The translations under genes were made by a program, and so were the position numbers. DNA of 64,000 nucleotides from Rebecca billardiae RCC1528. Taxonomy: Eukaryota > Protista > Haptophyta. The DNA is taken from the NCBI GenBank assembly GCA_965240325.2, contig OZ251245.1, positions 496,001 to 560,000 on the forward strand, given 5' to 3'. The notes below the pieces were generated by a model. The model was not told the origin of the DNA. It worked only from the letters and a program-made list of their open reading frames with translations, and ran no database searches. Below are positions 11,131 to 22,611 of this stretch, in pieces (position 1 is the stretch's first letter; every line of letters begins with the position of its first letter).

Positions 11131-14100
11131 TCACACATTCGTATCGGCCGGAGTAGTCCGGGAGTGCTGCGTGGCAGCCGAGTCAGCGCGCTGCCCGTCA
11201 CCGGGTGGTCCGGGTGCGCCTGCGCCAGAATGGCTGCCGTGCTCCGTATCGGCTGCCGACACGGCCGACGAGTGGACGCGCGCGCGCGAGCTGCCAAACC
11301 ACGAGGCCCACGGCGCCGCGCGGCGCGTCGCGCCCGTCGAGCTCGAGCGCGGGGAGCCGCTCGGCGCCTCCGCGCGCGCCTGCTGCTCCGCGTCCTTCTT
11401 GATGCTGGCGGAGCTCATCGCGTGCTCCGTGAGCCGCGGCGTGAAGCGGCCGCTGAAGTCGCCGGACTTGGCCTTGGGCGCCGTCGCGGCGGCGGCGCCC
11501 GCGGCGGCCTCCGCCTCGCTCTCGAGCCGCGTGGCGTGCGCAATGATCCGCCGGTTGAGCTCCTCGAGCCCGACCGAGTCCTTGTCGATGCAGTCGTCGA
11601 GGCCGGCGGCCTCGAACTCCTTGCGCTCGTCGCAGCCGGCCGGGTCGCCCGTCACGCCGATGATCAGCCCGCGGTACCCCTGCGCGCGGAGCTCGCGCGC
11701 GGCGCGCGCGCCTCCGAGCACGGGCATCTGGTTGTCGAGCACGATGGCGTGGAAGGAGGAGACGCGCGCGCGCTCCACCGCCGCGCGCCCGTCCGACACC
11801 TGCTCGTACTCGACGCCGATCGTGTCGAAGGTGGCGAGCGGCAGCGTCATGCGCACGAACTCGTCGTCCTCGGCGTGCAGCACGCGGTAGCCCATGCGCT
11901 TAGGCGCGGCGGGGTCGACGGGCGCGGAGGCGAGCGAGGGCGTGCGCTCCACCCGCGCCGAGCCGCCGTCGCGCGACGACGACGCGTCCTCGTCCGCCAG
12001 CGTGCAGTTGACGCTCATCTCGAACTCGGTGCCCTGGCCGTGGCCGGCGGAGCGGATCTCGAGCGAGGAGTCGTCGTGCAGCCGCAGCAGCTGGCGCACG
12101 ATGCTCAGGCCGAGGCCGGTGCCGCCGTTGCCCTGCAGCTGCCCGCGCCCCACCTGCGTGAACATGACGTTCTGGTGCAGCGCAGACAGCTCGCTCAGGC
12201 TCAGGCCCACGCCCTCGTCGCGCACCGAGACGAGCAGGACGACGCGCTCGCCCGGGGCGCCCGCCGCCTCCGCGCTACGCTCGGGTGGCGAGCGGCGGTG
12301 GGTCGACGGCGTGCCGCCGTTCGACGCGCTCGCGCCGAAGGAGGACGCGGCGACGGTGGACACGGCGGCGGTGGACACGGCGGCGTCGGAGGCCGCGCCG
12401 GCGTCGGCGCGCGCGTCGGCCGCGTCGGCCGCGCGCTGCGCGAGCGTCAGGCGCACCCACACGTTGGTCCCGCGGTCGGAGAACTTGATGGCGTTGCTCA
12501 GCCCGTTGTTCAGGCACTGCTGCATCCGGCGCAGGTCGCCCACCAGCGTGGGCAGCGCGCGCGCCTCCGCGAGCTCCGCGACCAGGTGCACGCCGCGCGC
12601 CTCGGCGAGCGCGCCGAGCGTGGCGAGCGCGCCCTTCAGCAGCTCGACCGGGCGGAAGGGCGCCATCACGAGGGTGAGCCGGCCGGCCTCGATGCGCTCA
12701 AAGTCGAGCATGTCCGAGACGATGTGCTCCATCAGCGCCGCGCACGTCTGCAGCGCCTCCACCTCGGACGTGACCGCGCGCAGCGCCGTGCCCTCCGGCT
12801 TGCGCGCGAGCACGGTCGCGAGCGACTGCACCGAGAGCAGCGGGCTGCGCAGGTCGTGCATCACCTGCGGGCGCGGGCGCGGAGGGGGCGGAGGGGCGCG
12901 CGGCCGCTCAGCGGCGGCAGCGCGCGCGGTGCAGCGCGCGCCACGCGGTGCGCGCGCGGTGCGTGCGCGACACGGTGCCGCGCGCCCACCATCCGGATGA
13001 GGCGCGAGCGCGCGCTCGCGGCCGCCTCCCTGCGCGTCTGCTCGAGCGCCTCCTGCTCGCGCTGCTGCTTGGCCGCGCGGCGCTCGCGCGCGAGCTGCCA
13101 CGCGCGGCGCGCGGCGAGCATGCTGCACGCGCCGATCAGCACCGTGCTCACCACCACCACCGAGATGAACATGGCGCGCATGTCGAAGATGGCCGCGGGC
13201 TCGGCCGGCGCTGCCGCGCCAGCGCCATCGTCGTCGGCGTCGGCGCCGCCGTCGGCGTCCGCGTCCGCGCTGCCCGTGTCGGCGCCGGCGTCGGCGCCGT
13301 CGGCGCCGGGCAGCCCGTCGAGCGGCGGCTCGAGCGCGCCGCCCGCGTAGTAGAAGGGCGCGAGCGCGTCGAGGTCCCACACGTCGCCGTCAAACGTCGC
13401 GGTGCTCGTGACGCTGAGCGTGCCGCTGGCGGGGTCGTGCCGCACGTTCTGCAGCACAAACGGAGAGGTGGACACGTCGCGCGTGCCCTGCGCGTCGAAG
13501 GCGATGGTGCCGCTCGCGCCGTCGAAGGACTGGCGCACGAGCGCGGGGAAGAGCGCGGAGCCCGTCGTCTCGCCGCCCGTCTCGCACAGCGCGAGCGCGA
13601 GCGCCGCCATCGCGTCGTACCCGAAGGCGGCGTAGATGCCGAGGGGCGAGTCGAAGCCCCACTCCACGTTCTCTGCAATCGAGCCGTTCGGGATCGTGAC
13701 GCGCGGCGCAAAGTCGGCCCAGCTGTGCGTGGGCCACTCGGCCTGGAGCGCGTCCCACCGCGTGTTGTTGTCGCGGCTGCCCGCCGCGTAGATCGCGACC
13801 GAGCCGTCGTAGTGCTCGCCGTGCGCCATGCTCTGGCCGTCGCGGAACTGCGAGCCGTCGGTGAAGATCCACTGCCGGCCCGCGCCGAGGAGGCCGCGCG
13901 CGGACGCGTGCTCGGCGATGGCGGGCAGCTCGACCGAGTTGGTCAGGGCGACGACGATGCGCGGCGGCGTGCCCCCGCCCCCGCTCGCGAGCGTGTCGAG
14001 CGCCGGGAACAGCGACGCGGGATCGCCGCCGAACGCGTACGGCACGGCGAGCGCCTGCACGTGCTGCGCCGCCAGCAGCCCCTCGAGCTTGGACGCAAAG

Positions 14101-14512
14101 TCGCGCCCGTAGTCGCCGTCCGAGTGGAGGATGGCGATGCGCCGCCAGCCGTGCTGCACGATGTACCGGCCGATCGCGTACATCAGCCCATCGTCCGACG
14201 GCACCGTCCGCGCGAACAGCGGGTACTTCTTCGTGTCGTCGAGCGAGGGCGACGTGCTCGACGCCGCGACCTGCACCGTGTCGAAGATGCCGCCGAGCAC
14301 GGCGAGGTCGCGCGAGCACGAGGAGTACGTCTCGCCGATGATCGCGCGCCAGCCGTCGTTCGCGACGCCCGCGGCGTAGCGCTGGATCGCGTCCGCGCAG
14401 TACCTGCGGCGCGCGGCGCGGCGGCGGGCGGAGCGCGCAGGGCGCGGCGCGAGCACGACGACAGCCGCGGTCAGGGGCCGGCGGGGCGCGCGACGCCGCG
14501 TCCGCGCGCGGC

Positions 14513-14544
<32 letters not shown>

Positions 14545-14809
14545 AGCGCGCGCACAGATCGGTGTCGACGAACTCCGCCTCGATCTGCACGTCGCACGCG
14601 CCGAGCGCGGCGAACGCCGGGCACACCAGTCCGTTCCGCTCGTTGAAGTGGCGCGCGGCGAGCAGCGCCATCATCGGGATCTGCCCGATCACGGGCGACT
14701 CGGGCGCGCGGATCGTGCCGAGCACGCCGACGGGCACCGTGCGCGCCGCCACGCGCCCGCCGAGCGCCACGAGCGCCGTCGTGAGGACCAGCGCATGCGT
14801 GGGACGCAT
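11131..14809 (-). CDS. Membrane hybrid histidine kinase: signal peptide + periplasmic-binding type 1/ANF-receptor (Venus flytrap) + TM + HisKA + HATPase + receiver; introns 14404-14555, 12865-12989
   Basis: VFT motifs AIIGETYSSCS, STSPSLDDTKKYPLFARTVPSD, GWRRIAILHSDGDYG, AAFGYDA, FDGASGTIAFD. TM MFISVVVVSTVLIGACSMLA. H-box MHDLRSPL, N-box NGLSNAIKFS, DEGVG, GTGLGLSI. Receiver AEDD..LDNQMP..GVTG..K. Confidence 0.88.
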
Positions 14810-16107
14810 GTGGATAGCGCTGCACTACGCGGTGAGCAGAGCGCCTCGGTGGCGAAGTGGGCCTTCCGGCAGTGTGACGAGCGACGAAGGCGCGACCAAG
14901 GAGGCGGGCGCCCGCCCGCGCGGGCTCCCTGAGTATTAATATGAGTGATAGCAATGCGGGTACCTGTCCTTGGCGCGATGCTACTGCAGCCGGTTTGGCG
15001 GGGAATCTCCGAATGATCTGTAGTCGGCAATTTTCGTTTATGACGCTTTCCACGAAAGAGTCTTGGGGCTAAAAACGACGTCTCGTAAGGCTTGATGAGG
15101 TTTGTGGGTGGCTTGCTTGAGCGACATTCGCCGCGTATATGGGGGTACTTGAAATATTCGTATACGGAGATTGCGCCGATATATTCAGCGAGATACAATC
15201 TGTCGACATTTCACTTTTCGGCTTCTCACTCGGCGGCGGTTGGTATATTATGCATGATCATCATATGGGGGTACTTAGCTAGCTCAGGAGAATTTGATGA
15301 GAATGAGAATCTCCACCGCCAGGTGAACGAACCCACCAGCCTCTCCGCAGCGGCAGGCGCACGTGCGCACAGCCGCCCCCGCCTGTGGGCCACTGTGCCT
15401 GTGACGCGCGCGCCGCGCGGCACGACCGCGTGTCAATATTCATCAACTGTTATTCACCGCCAGCTGCAGCAGTTGACCGTGGTCGCTGGTGCGGAGGGCA
15501 CGGCGTGCACGCCCTCATGGCTCCGGCCGGCGCGCTCGGGCCCGAGACCCGGACCGCGGGGCGTGGTGCTGCAGGCGGGCCACGGTTACGGCTGGTAGTG
15601 CAGCGCTCCGACTCCGGGCCTGTCGGCGCCGGCACGCGGCTAAGTCTTCACTTCAGAGCCCGCTGCACTGTTCAGATGTGCTCGCGAGTTGTAAGGGTCG
15701 CCCTCCCGGCCGCGGCGCCCAGCAGTTCAGTCAGATTCCCGCAAGCGCCAAGCCCGCGAATATTCACGGACTCAGGTCCAGGATGACTGGCGCTGCGCGC
15801 GGCCGCCGCGCCAGCTCACCCATTGCGCGATTACTGTGACTCAGTGTGACACCTGATTTCGTTCCCGCTTTGGATGGGAGGTCCTCCTGCCACCGGACGC
15901 AGCGGCGGATCCCGAGTGGTCCGGTCCGGGCCGGGCCTCCGATCAGGCCTCAGGCTCCCCGTGAATGCTGAAGGCGTGCCGATGCGGTGCCGACTGGTGG
16001 CAAACATGCCGAGCAGTGATCTTCGGAGTAGTCACTATATTCATCGAATTCATCGATCGTGCGCGGTCGCGGCGCGGCGACCCGTCACTGCCATCAGCCA
16101 TCAGGCA

Positions 16108-17481
16108 TCACGGATTGGCCGCGCTCGCAGCAGCGCAGCAGGCCCGTTCGCCCGTACGAGACGTCGCGAGGGAGGGACCGCCGCCCGCTGGTGCCCAGAC
16201 GACCGCTCCCGTGTCCACTTGGCCCGCATACGCACCTGCAGTGCACCGTGTGGGCACTTGGATGCGCAGTGGGCAGTGCCAGTGGCAGCGCAGCATGGCC
16301 ATGCACCACACCCGCCCGGTGCGGCAGCCGCGAGGCACGCGCCACCGGCCGTGGACGACTTGCCATCCAGCATCGCGCACCGGCACCGGCTTGCCGATGG
16401 CTCCCATTAGCGGCAGGCCGTTCGAAGCCCGGCGAGCAGCTCCGCTGGCGAGCACGCGCGCGAAGACGTCGCTGTCGACATTCCCGCCGCACAGTACGAA
16501 GCCCGCCACCGCCGCGCCGCGTGCGCTCGCCGCCTCCGCCTTGAGCGCGGCGTACCCGGCCGCGCCCGCGCCCTCGGCGACGTTGTGCGTCGCGCGGAAG
16601 ATCGCGCGCATCGCGTCCTCGACCGCGTCGTCGTCGACGGTGACCACGCGCAGCGCGCGCGCTGCGAGCAGCTCGAGCGCGCCCGCGTCCGGCTGGCGGC
16701 ACGCCATCCCGTCCGCGATGCGCGTCGTGGCGGCGTGCGCGATGCACGCGCCGCGCGCGAGGCTGAGCGCGTACGCGGGCGCGGCCGTGGACACCACGCC
16801 CACCACCTCGCACGCGTGGCCGAGTGCGTCCTTCGCCGCGAGCGCGCCGCACACGCCCGAGCCCAGCCCGATCGGCACGTACAGCCGCTGCAGCCGCGGC
16901 GCCGCCTGCAGCAGCTCGAGCGCCCACGTGCCCACGCCCGCCACGAGCAACGGGTGGAAGGAGGGCACGAGGTGGAGCGCGGCGCTGCCGCGCGCGAGCG
17001 CGTGCGCGTGCTCAAGTGCGTCCTGGAAGTCCTCGCCGTGCTCGACCAGCTGCGCACCGAGCGACGCCATCGCCGCGTTCTTCTCCGCCGAGTTGGCGCG
17101 CGGCACGACGATCGTGCACGAGAGGCCGCCGAGCCGCGCCGCGAGCGCGAGCGACTGGCCGTGGTTGCCGCGCGTCGCGGCGACGAGGCCGCGCACTTCC
17201 GGGTGTGCGCGCCTGAGCCAGTCGACGTACACCAGGCCGCCGCGCACCTTGAACGCGCCGACGCGCGTGTGGTTCTCGTGCTTGACCCACACCTCCGCGC
17301 AGCCCGCGTCCTGCGCGAGGAGCGGCCACGCGTACTGCGGCGTGGGCGGCACGGTCGTGCGGATGAGTCGAGCCGCGTCGCGCAGCTCCGCGAGCCGCGG
17401 CAGGGCCAGCGAGTGCTTCGCGCGCCGCCGCGCCGCGGGCAGCGCCCCCGCGTGCGCGGCGCGGCGCAGCATGGCCGCCAT
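16108..17481 (-). CDS. PLP-dependent threonine/serine dehydratase, bacterial-like, intronless
   Basis: KHENHTRVGAFKVRGG (PLP lysine), ATRGNHGQS, VPIGLGSG, IADGMA, EGAGAA, CGGNVD. The domain ends near 16450 and the C-terminal tail to 16108 is uncertain. Confidence 0.85.
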   Translation of the reverse strand: MAAMLRRAAHAGALPAARRRAKHSLALPRLAELRDAARLIRTTVPPTPQYAWPLLAQDAGCAEVWVKHENHTRVGAFKVRGGLVYVDWLRRAHPEVRGLVAATRGNHGQSLALAARLGGLSCTIVVPRANSAEKNAAMASLGAQLVEHGEDFQDALEHAHALARGSAALHLVPSFHPLLVAGVGTWALELLQAAPRLQRLYVPIGLGSGVCGALAAKDALGHACEVVGVVSTAAPAYALSLARGACIAHAATTRIADGMACRQPDAGALELLAARALRVVTVDDDAVEDAMRAIFRATHNVAEGAGAAGYAALKAEAASARGAAVAGFVLCGGNVDSDVFARVLASGAARRASNGLPLMGAIGKPVPVRDAGWQVVHGRWRVPRGCRTGRVWCMAMLRCHWHCPLRIQVPTRCTAGAYAGQVDTGAVVWAPAGGGPSLATSRTGERACCAAASAANP

Positions 17482-17738
17482 GGACGGACGTCGTAACCAA
17501 TTTCTGTACGTAATAAGTATTGTACCCGTATACAAGTTTCCTGGGTAGCAGTACTCGATGACGACGATCATATATATATATATATATATCATCATCATCA
17601 TCTCAATATCTCATACGCATACCACATCATCTTGATGATGATCTGGTGTTACTGAGACTACCACTGTACTAGTACGCTACGTCGACCGTAAACATTTGTC
17701 AATTGTCGCGTCATCAGCGGCGCACGTCCCACGTGTCG

Positions 17739-18905
17739 TCATCGCCGCCAAAGCTCGAGCATCACGACGGGCAGCATCGCTCGCCGATCTGCGTCGAGCC
17801 AGGCGCGCCACGCCTCCCTCACCGGCGGAGGGGGCGTGCGTCGCGCGCTCGCCAGCGCGTGCTCGCGCGCACTCGTTCCGTTGTCACCGATGGGCTCCGG
17901 GCTGCCGCTGCAGGCGAGCAGCATGCCGCCGGGCGCAGCTTCGTCGTCGAGATCGAGCGCGAGGAGGCTGAGATCGGTGGACACGCCTCCGGCTGCGATG
18001 GCACACACGCCGTGCGCGGCGCCATCCAGCGGCGAGAACACGAGCGGCACGAGCTCAGCGGACTGCGCGTGCACGTGACGCGGCGCCACGAGGCGGGTCA
18101 CGAGGCCGGCTGCGCGTGCGCTGCGCACAAAGGTGCGCAGCAGGCCGCCCGGCTCGAGTGTGCTCTGCTCGCGCACGACGTGCACGAGCAGCGCGCGGCT
18201 GCCCGCCTCGGGCGAGAGCCGCGCGCCCAGCAGCGCCGGGACAGCGAGCGCGTGGTAGCTCTCGTACATGATCTCAGCGCCGATCACGAGGTCAAAGCGC
18301 TCGTCGCCCAGCGGCTGCACCGCGTCGGCCTCCCGTGCGCGCCCGGCAGCGGCGTGCAGCAGCGCGTCCTCGTACGCGCGCTCGGTGGTGCCGGGCGCGC
18401 GAAAGTCGAGCAGCCTGGCTCGGACGTCCACGCCGGGGGCGCTGGGATTCAGGCGAGCATTGTGCTCGAGGTTGGCCACGAGCTCAGGCAGCACGTCGGT
18501 GAGGCAGACACTGGACACGCCCGGGAGCTGCGCAGCCACCAGCCCGCCCACGCCAAGCCCGGCGCCGAGCTCGAGCACGGCGCGGCCGCGCACGACGTGC
18601 GCGTGCGTCGCGAGCCACTGCGCCTGCACGAGCGCTCCGACGGAGACACGCCAGCCGACGCCGCCTTGCGCCACGTGGAGCTCGCGCACGCGCACGCGCA
18701 CGCCTTTGCCCAACGCGTAGGCGCACACGGCGGGCGCGCGCGCAGACGTGTCTGCGACGCGACAGTAGGCGCGCTCGCCACGCACGCAGGCGGCGAGCAC
18801 GTCACTCACGTACGTCCGTCCGTACACCAGCTCGTCCGTAGCACCGTTGAGGGACTGCCGCTCGGAGATGAGGACCCCGGTGGGTCGTGCGCAGGCGGTC
18901 GCCAT
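17739..18905 (-). CDS. Family-16 (METTL21/EEF2KMT-like) SAM-dependent protein methyltransferase
   Basis: GWRVSVGALVQAQWL, VLELGAGLG (motif I), CLTD (post-I), FDLVIGAEIMY (motif II). Confidence 0.8.
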   Translation of the reverse strand: MATACARPTGVLISERQSLNGATDELVYGRTYVSDVLAACVRGERAYCRVADTSARAPAVCAYALGKGVRVRVRELHVAQGGVGWRVSVGALVQAQWLATHAHVVRGRAVLELGAGLGVGGLVAAQLPGVSSVCLTDVLPELVANLEHNARLNPSAPGVDVRARLLDFRAPGTTERAYEDALLHAAAGRAREADAVQPLGDERFDLVIGAEIMYESYHALAVPALLGARLSPEAGSRALLVHVVREQSTLEPGGLLRTFVRSARAAGLVTRLVAPRHVHAQSAELVPLVFSPLDGAAHGVCAIAAGGVSTDLSLLALDLDDEAAPGGMLLACSGSPEPIGDNGTSAREHALASARRTPPPPVREAWRAWLDADRRAMLPVVMLELWRR

Positions 18906-19518
18906 CGTGATGCAATATGTGGCGCGGCATTGTGGCGGGCGTAAAGTTTTATTTTGTAATGTCAATAAAAAAGAGATGGCCGGCGCAGCGGACTACGTAT
19001 TAAGCCTCCGCCGTAGTTGTTATAATACGGTAGCAGTAATAGTGTTAGACTGAAGAAGAAGCGTGGGTGCTCCCTACCGCGCGTGTGGGCGATAGGTCCA
19101 CCGGAAGCGACCAGGCGGGCTAAGGACCGGCCCCGAAGGGGCAGGCGGACGGGGTCACATCGTCGGATGATGGATCAGCCCCGGAGGCTGGAGTACCCGG
19201 CTCGGGGCTTGGGGCTGCCGAGATAGTAGTGAGATCGTGCCTCCGCCGGTGGCGTGCGGGTAGATGCGGAAACTTACCCGCGACTCCTGTGGAACGGTGT
19301 CTTCGAGGACTGGTGCCCAGTCTGACAAATAGTTCCGACATCCTCCATTAACTCCATTCAGTACTTCGACAGACGAATCAGGAGAGCTGCGCCCTCGTGC
19401 CTGTGTCTTTAAATCAGCATAGAATTATATATAACAGTACATCAGTACCGTTGTAGTCGTCTCACGGTCGCGTCTTATTGTTGATGACTACGATATGATG
19501 CACAGATGTCGTGCAACG

Positions 19519-20152
19519 TATGGAGCGCTCGTTGGAACTTGAGCGGGGGTGGAACGGGGACGGGGTGGAACTTGAGGCACCGCGCACTTTCCCAGCGAAG
19601 TGCCCCATCTCGGCGGCGGGGCTGGCACGGTCGGCACACGCTCCTGAGCGCTCGCTTCGCGGTGCGGCAGGCCTTGGGCAGCCCAGACAGACTATGCCGC
19701 GACCGAATTACCGGGCCATGCGCGCACCACACCCGCGCTACATGGCCTGCGCGCTGGACGACTGAGAGGCAACGCCGAACCACTGCATTCCACTGCCCCG
19801 CATGCACCCCGAGTCACCTTCAGAGGGCGTCGACGAGCGCAGAGCGGGTGCGTGGGAGTTCGACCAACTCGTGTACCTTCTTGCAAGCACCAGCGGCGAG
19901 GTCGCAAGCCGAACCTTGACCAGCCGTGGAACTTGAGCTGGTCGGCAGCAAAACCACCGTTTAACCCGGATCAAGTTAGCAGCGTGCGAGGAGGAGGCGC
20001 GGTGCGCGTCCGCGGCTGGCGAGAGGCGTCCGGACCGTGCCGTTCTCGGCCGCGCCCGCGCGCTTCCCGCCGCCGCAGGCCCCGTGTACGCCCGTCGTCG
20101 CCCTCGCCGCGCGGGCGCCAAACCGGCGTCAAGTTCCAACGAGCGCTCCATA
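19519..20152. mobile_element. MITE / non-autonomous TIR element with TA-type target-site duplication
   Basis: Perfect 24-bp inverted repeats tatggagcgctcgttggaacttga (19519-19542) and tcaagttccaacgagcgctccata (20129-20152). Internal gtggaacttgag repeats; no transposase. Confidence 0.75.
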
Positions 20153-20233
20153 GTACGACGACGTTTGGTCGTCGTTTTCGAGTGAGTACGTAGCAGCAGT
20201 TTATGCTGAGCTCGTCATCGTCATCACTCGTCA

Positions 20234-21317
20234 TCAGAGCTCCTCCTTGCTGCTGACGCCTGCGCTGCTCGTGGGACTGCCGGGCGCCGCTGGCGCCGGC
20301 GGACTGCTGCTCCTGCTGCTGCTGCTGCTGCGCTTGCCAGCGCTCCGCTTCTTGCCGCTGCCGCGCGGCTTGCCAGCGCCTGCCTCGGGAGACGAGGGAG
20401 ACGCGCTGGGGCTCGCCGGCTTGGCCGTCTCGTTGCCGTTGGCGGCCGCCTTGGCCGCCTCGTCCTGCTTGCGCTGCTCGGCGTCGATCAGCTGTTGCCG
20501 TGAGAGCCACGTGTGCATGTTCTTGGGCTTGGTCCGGCCAGCGAGCAGCCGGCTCCACATGCCGGGCTCCTTCTTGGCGAGCGTGAAGGAGATGCGCCCG
20601 ACCGAGCTGAAGCTCCACTCGCACGACGACGGTTCGATCTCCTTGAGCAGCTCGAGCTCGAGCTTGAAGCGCTTGGGCTTCTGCCGCCCGCGCGCGTCAA
20701 ACGTGAGTGCGCGCGGCTCAAAGCTGACGCGCTCCTCGTCCACGTTGAGCACGGTGACCGGCCCGTCGATGCGCGAGCTGAACTTTGCGTTGATGTACAC
20801 GGCCTCGCGCGACTGCGCCCACTCGAACGCGCAGCTGACCGTGGTCTGCTCAGCCGCTGTGCTGGCGCGGAGCTGCGTGAGCGCCTTGGTCGACTGCCGG
20901 GGGGGCGGACAGAAGGGAAGTCGGGTGAGACGCGCAGGCGCCGCCGTGTGGGCGCGTCGCGCACGCGCGCACCTCCTCGCGCTCACGCGTGAGCTGGCGC
21001 CGGAGCCGGTCAAACTGCGCCACCGGCACGCCTACCGCCCGAGCGATGTCCAAAAGCGCGTGCGCGGGCTCCCAGAAGCTGCGCGACACGAGGTCGACGG
21101 CGACCGTCTCGATGTCGGCGGGTGGCAGCGACTGCACGGCACCACCGCTGGCGTCCAGTGCCGCACTGGCGCAAGCCTCGGTCTCGCACGCACCCAGCTC
21201 TGAGACGAGGGCTGAACCCGTCACCGCTGGTTGGATGTCATCGCTCCGACCGCTGGAGAGGGCGCACGCGAGGACCAGCAGGGTTGGTCCACGCGCGTGG
21301 ACACGCCCTGCCGCCAT
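20234..21317 (-). CDS. ER-luminal CS/p23 (HSP20-like) domain protein with C-terminal KEEL; intron 20894-20972
   Basis: Hydrophobic leader TLLVLACALS; CS fold FEWAQSREAVYINAKF..LELELLKEIEP..VGRISFTLAKK..WSRLL; ends in KEEL-stop. Confidence 0.78.
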
Positions 21318-21495
21318 CGTGCCGGCGATGACGACGCCTGACGCGGAAAACCGGACATTGGACATCGGATATTCGGTTTCGTCGAACTCGACGTCTTTCG
21401 TGCGCGCGACCGACGCCGAGCGAGCGACGTGCGCTGAGACCGGACCAGCGGAGGCACCGCTCGTCGTGCGCTAGAGGCTTGTGGTGGACGTGAGC

Positions 21496-22611
21496 ATGCG
21501 CGCGCGCACCGCTCCGTCCCGGCGCACCGCCGCTCCTGCGCGTCGTGTGCTGCTTCTCGGCGTGCTGACGGCCTCGTCTCGCCTTGTGGGCGGCAGCGCC
21601 GTGGCGGCGCGGCGCACGCCGGAGACGCAGCTCGACTTGAGCGAGCGGCTCCGGCACTCGGCGTTGCTCGTCATCTCGGGCGGGGTGGCGGCCGGCCTCG
21701 CGAAGACGGCAGTCGCGCCGCTGGAACGGCTCAAACTCCTCTCCCAGCTCGGCGCCACGCGCGGCATCTCGATGGGCGGCGCGCTCGCGCAGGTCGTGCG
21801 CAACGAGGGCGTCGCCGGCCTGTGGCGCGGCAACATGGCCAACTGCTTCCGCGCGTTCCCGCAGAAAGGCGTCCTGCTGATGAGCTCGGAGATCTTCCGC
21901 GAGCTCGCCGCGCCCATCTGCGCGCGGCTGCACTTCCTCCCGTCCGCGGCGACCGTGGGCGGCGCGCTCGCGGGCGTGAGCTCCGCGCTGCTCTCGTACC
22001 CGCTGGACGTGATCTTCACCACGCAGGCGGGCACGCTGGTGATTGGCAAAGCGTCGCAGACGTCTGTGCTCGCCACGGCGCGCGCGATCATTGCCCGCGG
22101 CGGCATCACCGCGCTGTACGCGGGCGCCGGCTTCACGATGCTCTCCTCGCTGCCGTACGAGGGGCTCAAGTTTGGATCGTACGCCGCAATCTCGAGCCGG
22201 CTGATGAGCAACGGCGAGGGCAGCAACGGCGCGCTGCTGCAGCTGTGCGCGGGCGCGGGCGCCGGGGCGATCGCGCACTCGGCGACGTACCCGCTCGACA
22301 CCGTGCGCCGCCGCCTGCAGGCGGGCAGTGGCCCGGCGGGCTCGAATGCGATCCTGTCTGCGTGGCTGTGCGCACGCGCCCTCGCGCGCGAAGGCGGTGC
22401 TGGCGCTTTCTACCGTGGGCTCCCCGTCACCGTGATCCGCACGCTGCCAAACACGGGCCTCCAGTTCTTCTTCTACGAGCGGATCAAGCGCAGCATGGGG
22501 CTCAGCAGCGCGGCCTCGGACGAGCAGCGGCGCGCACGAGAGGCGCGCCGAAGCCGGGCACGCTCGTTGGCACAGGGTGACCCGTCGTCGAAGCTTGCAG
22601 CTGCCGCCTAG
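21496..22611 (+). CDS. Mitochondrial carrier family (SLC25) protein
   Basis: Three carrier repeats APLERLK, YPLDVIF and YPLDTVRRRLQ, with EGVAGLWRG, GGITALYAG and EGGAGAFYRG. Confidence 0.88.
   Translation: MRARTAPSRRTAAPARRVLLLGVLTASSRLVGGSAVAARRTPETQLDLSERLRHSALLVISGGVAAGLAKTAVAPLERLKLLSQLGATRGISMGGALAQVVRNEGVAGLWRGNMANCFRAFPQKGVLLMSSEIFRELAAPICARLHFLPSAATVGGALAGVSSALLSYPLDVIFTTQAGTLVIGKASQTSVLATARAIIARGGITALYAGAGFTMLSSLPYEGLKFGSYAAISSRLMSNGEGSNGALLQLCAGAGAGAIAHSATYPLDTVRRRLQAGSGPAGSNAILSAWLCARALAREGGAGAFYRGLPVTVIRTLPNTGLQFFFYERIKRSMGLSSAASDEQRRAREARRSRARSLAQGDPSSKLAAAA

Noticed and set aside
15092-16100. Short ORFs and a 14-bp direct repeat (atatgggggtactt) upstream of the kinase
   Set aside because: There are no recognisable domains or element boundaries, which is too weak to call.
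223-17481. Amino-acid sensing gene cluster (CASTOR-like, VFT kinase, dehydratase)
   Set aside because: Unrelated genes are interspersed and there is no evidence of co-regulation or conserved synteny, so it is probably coincidental.
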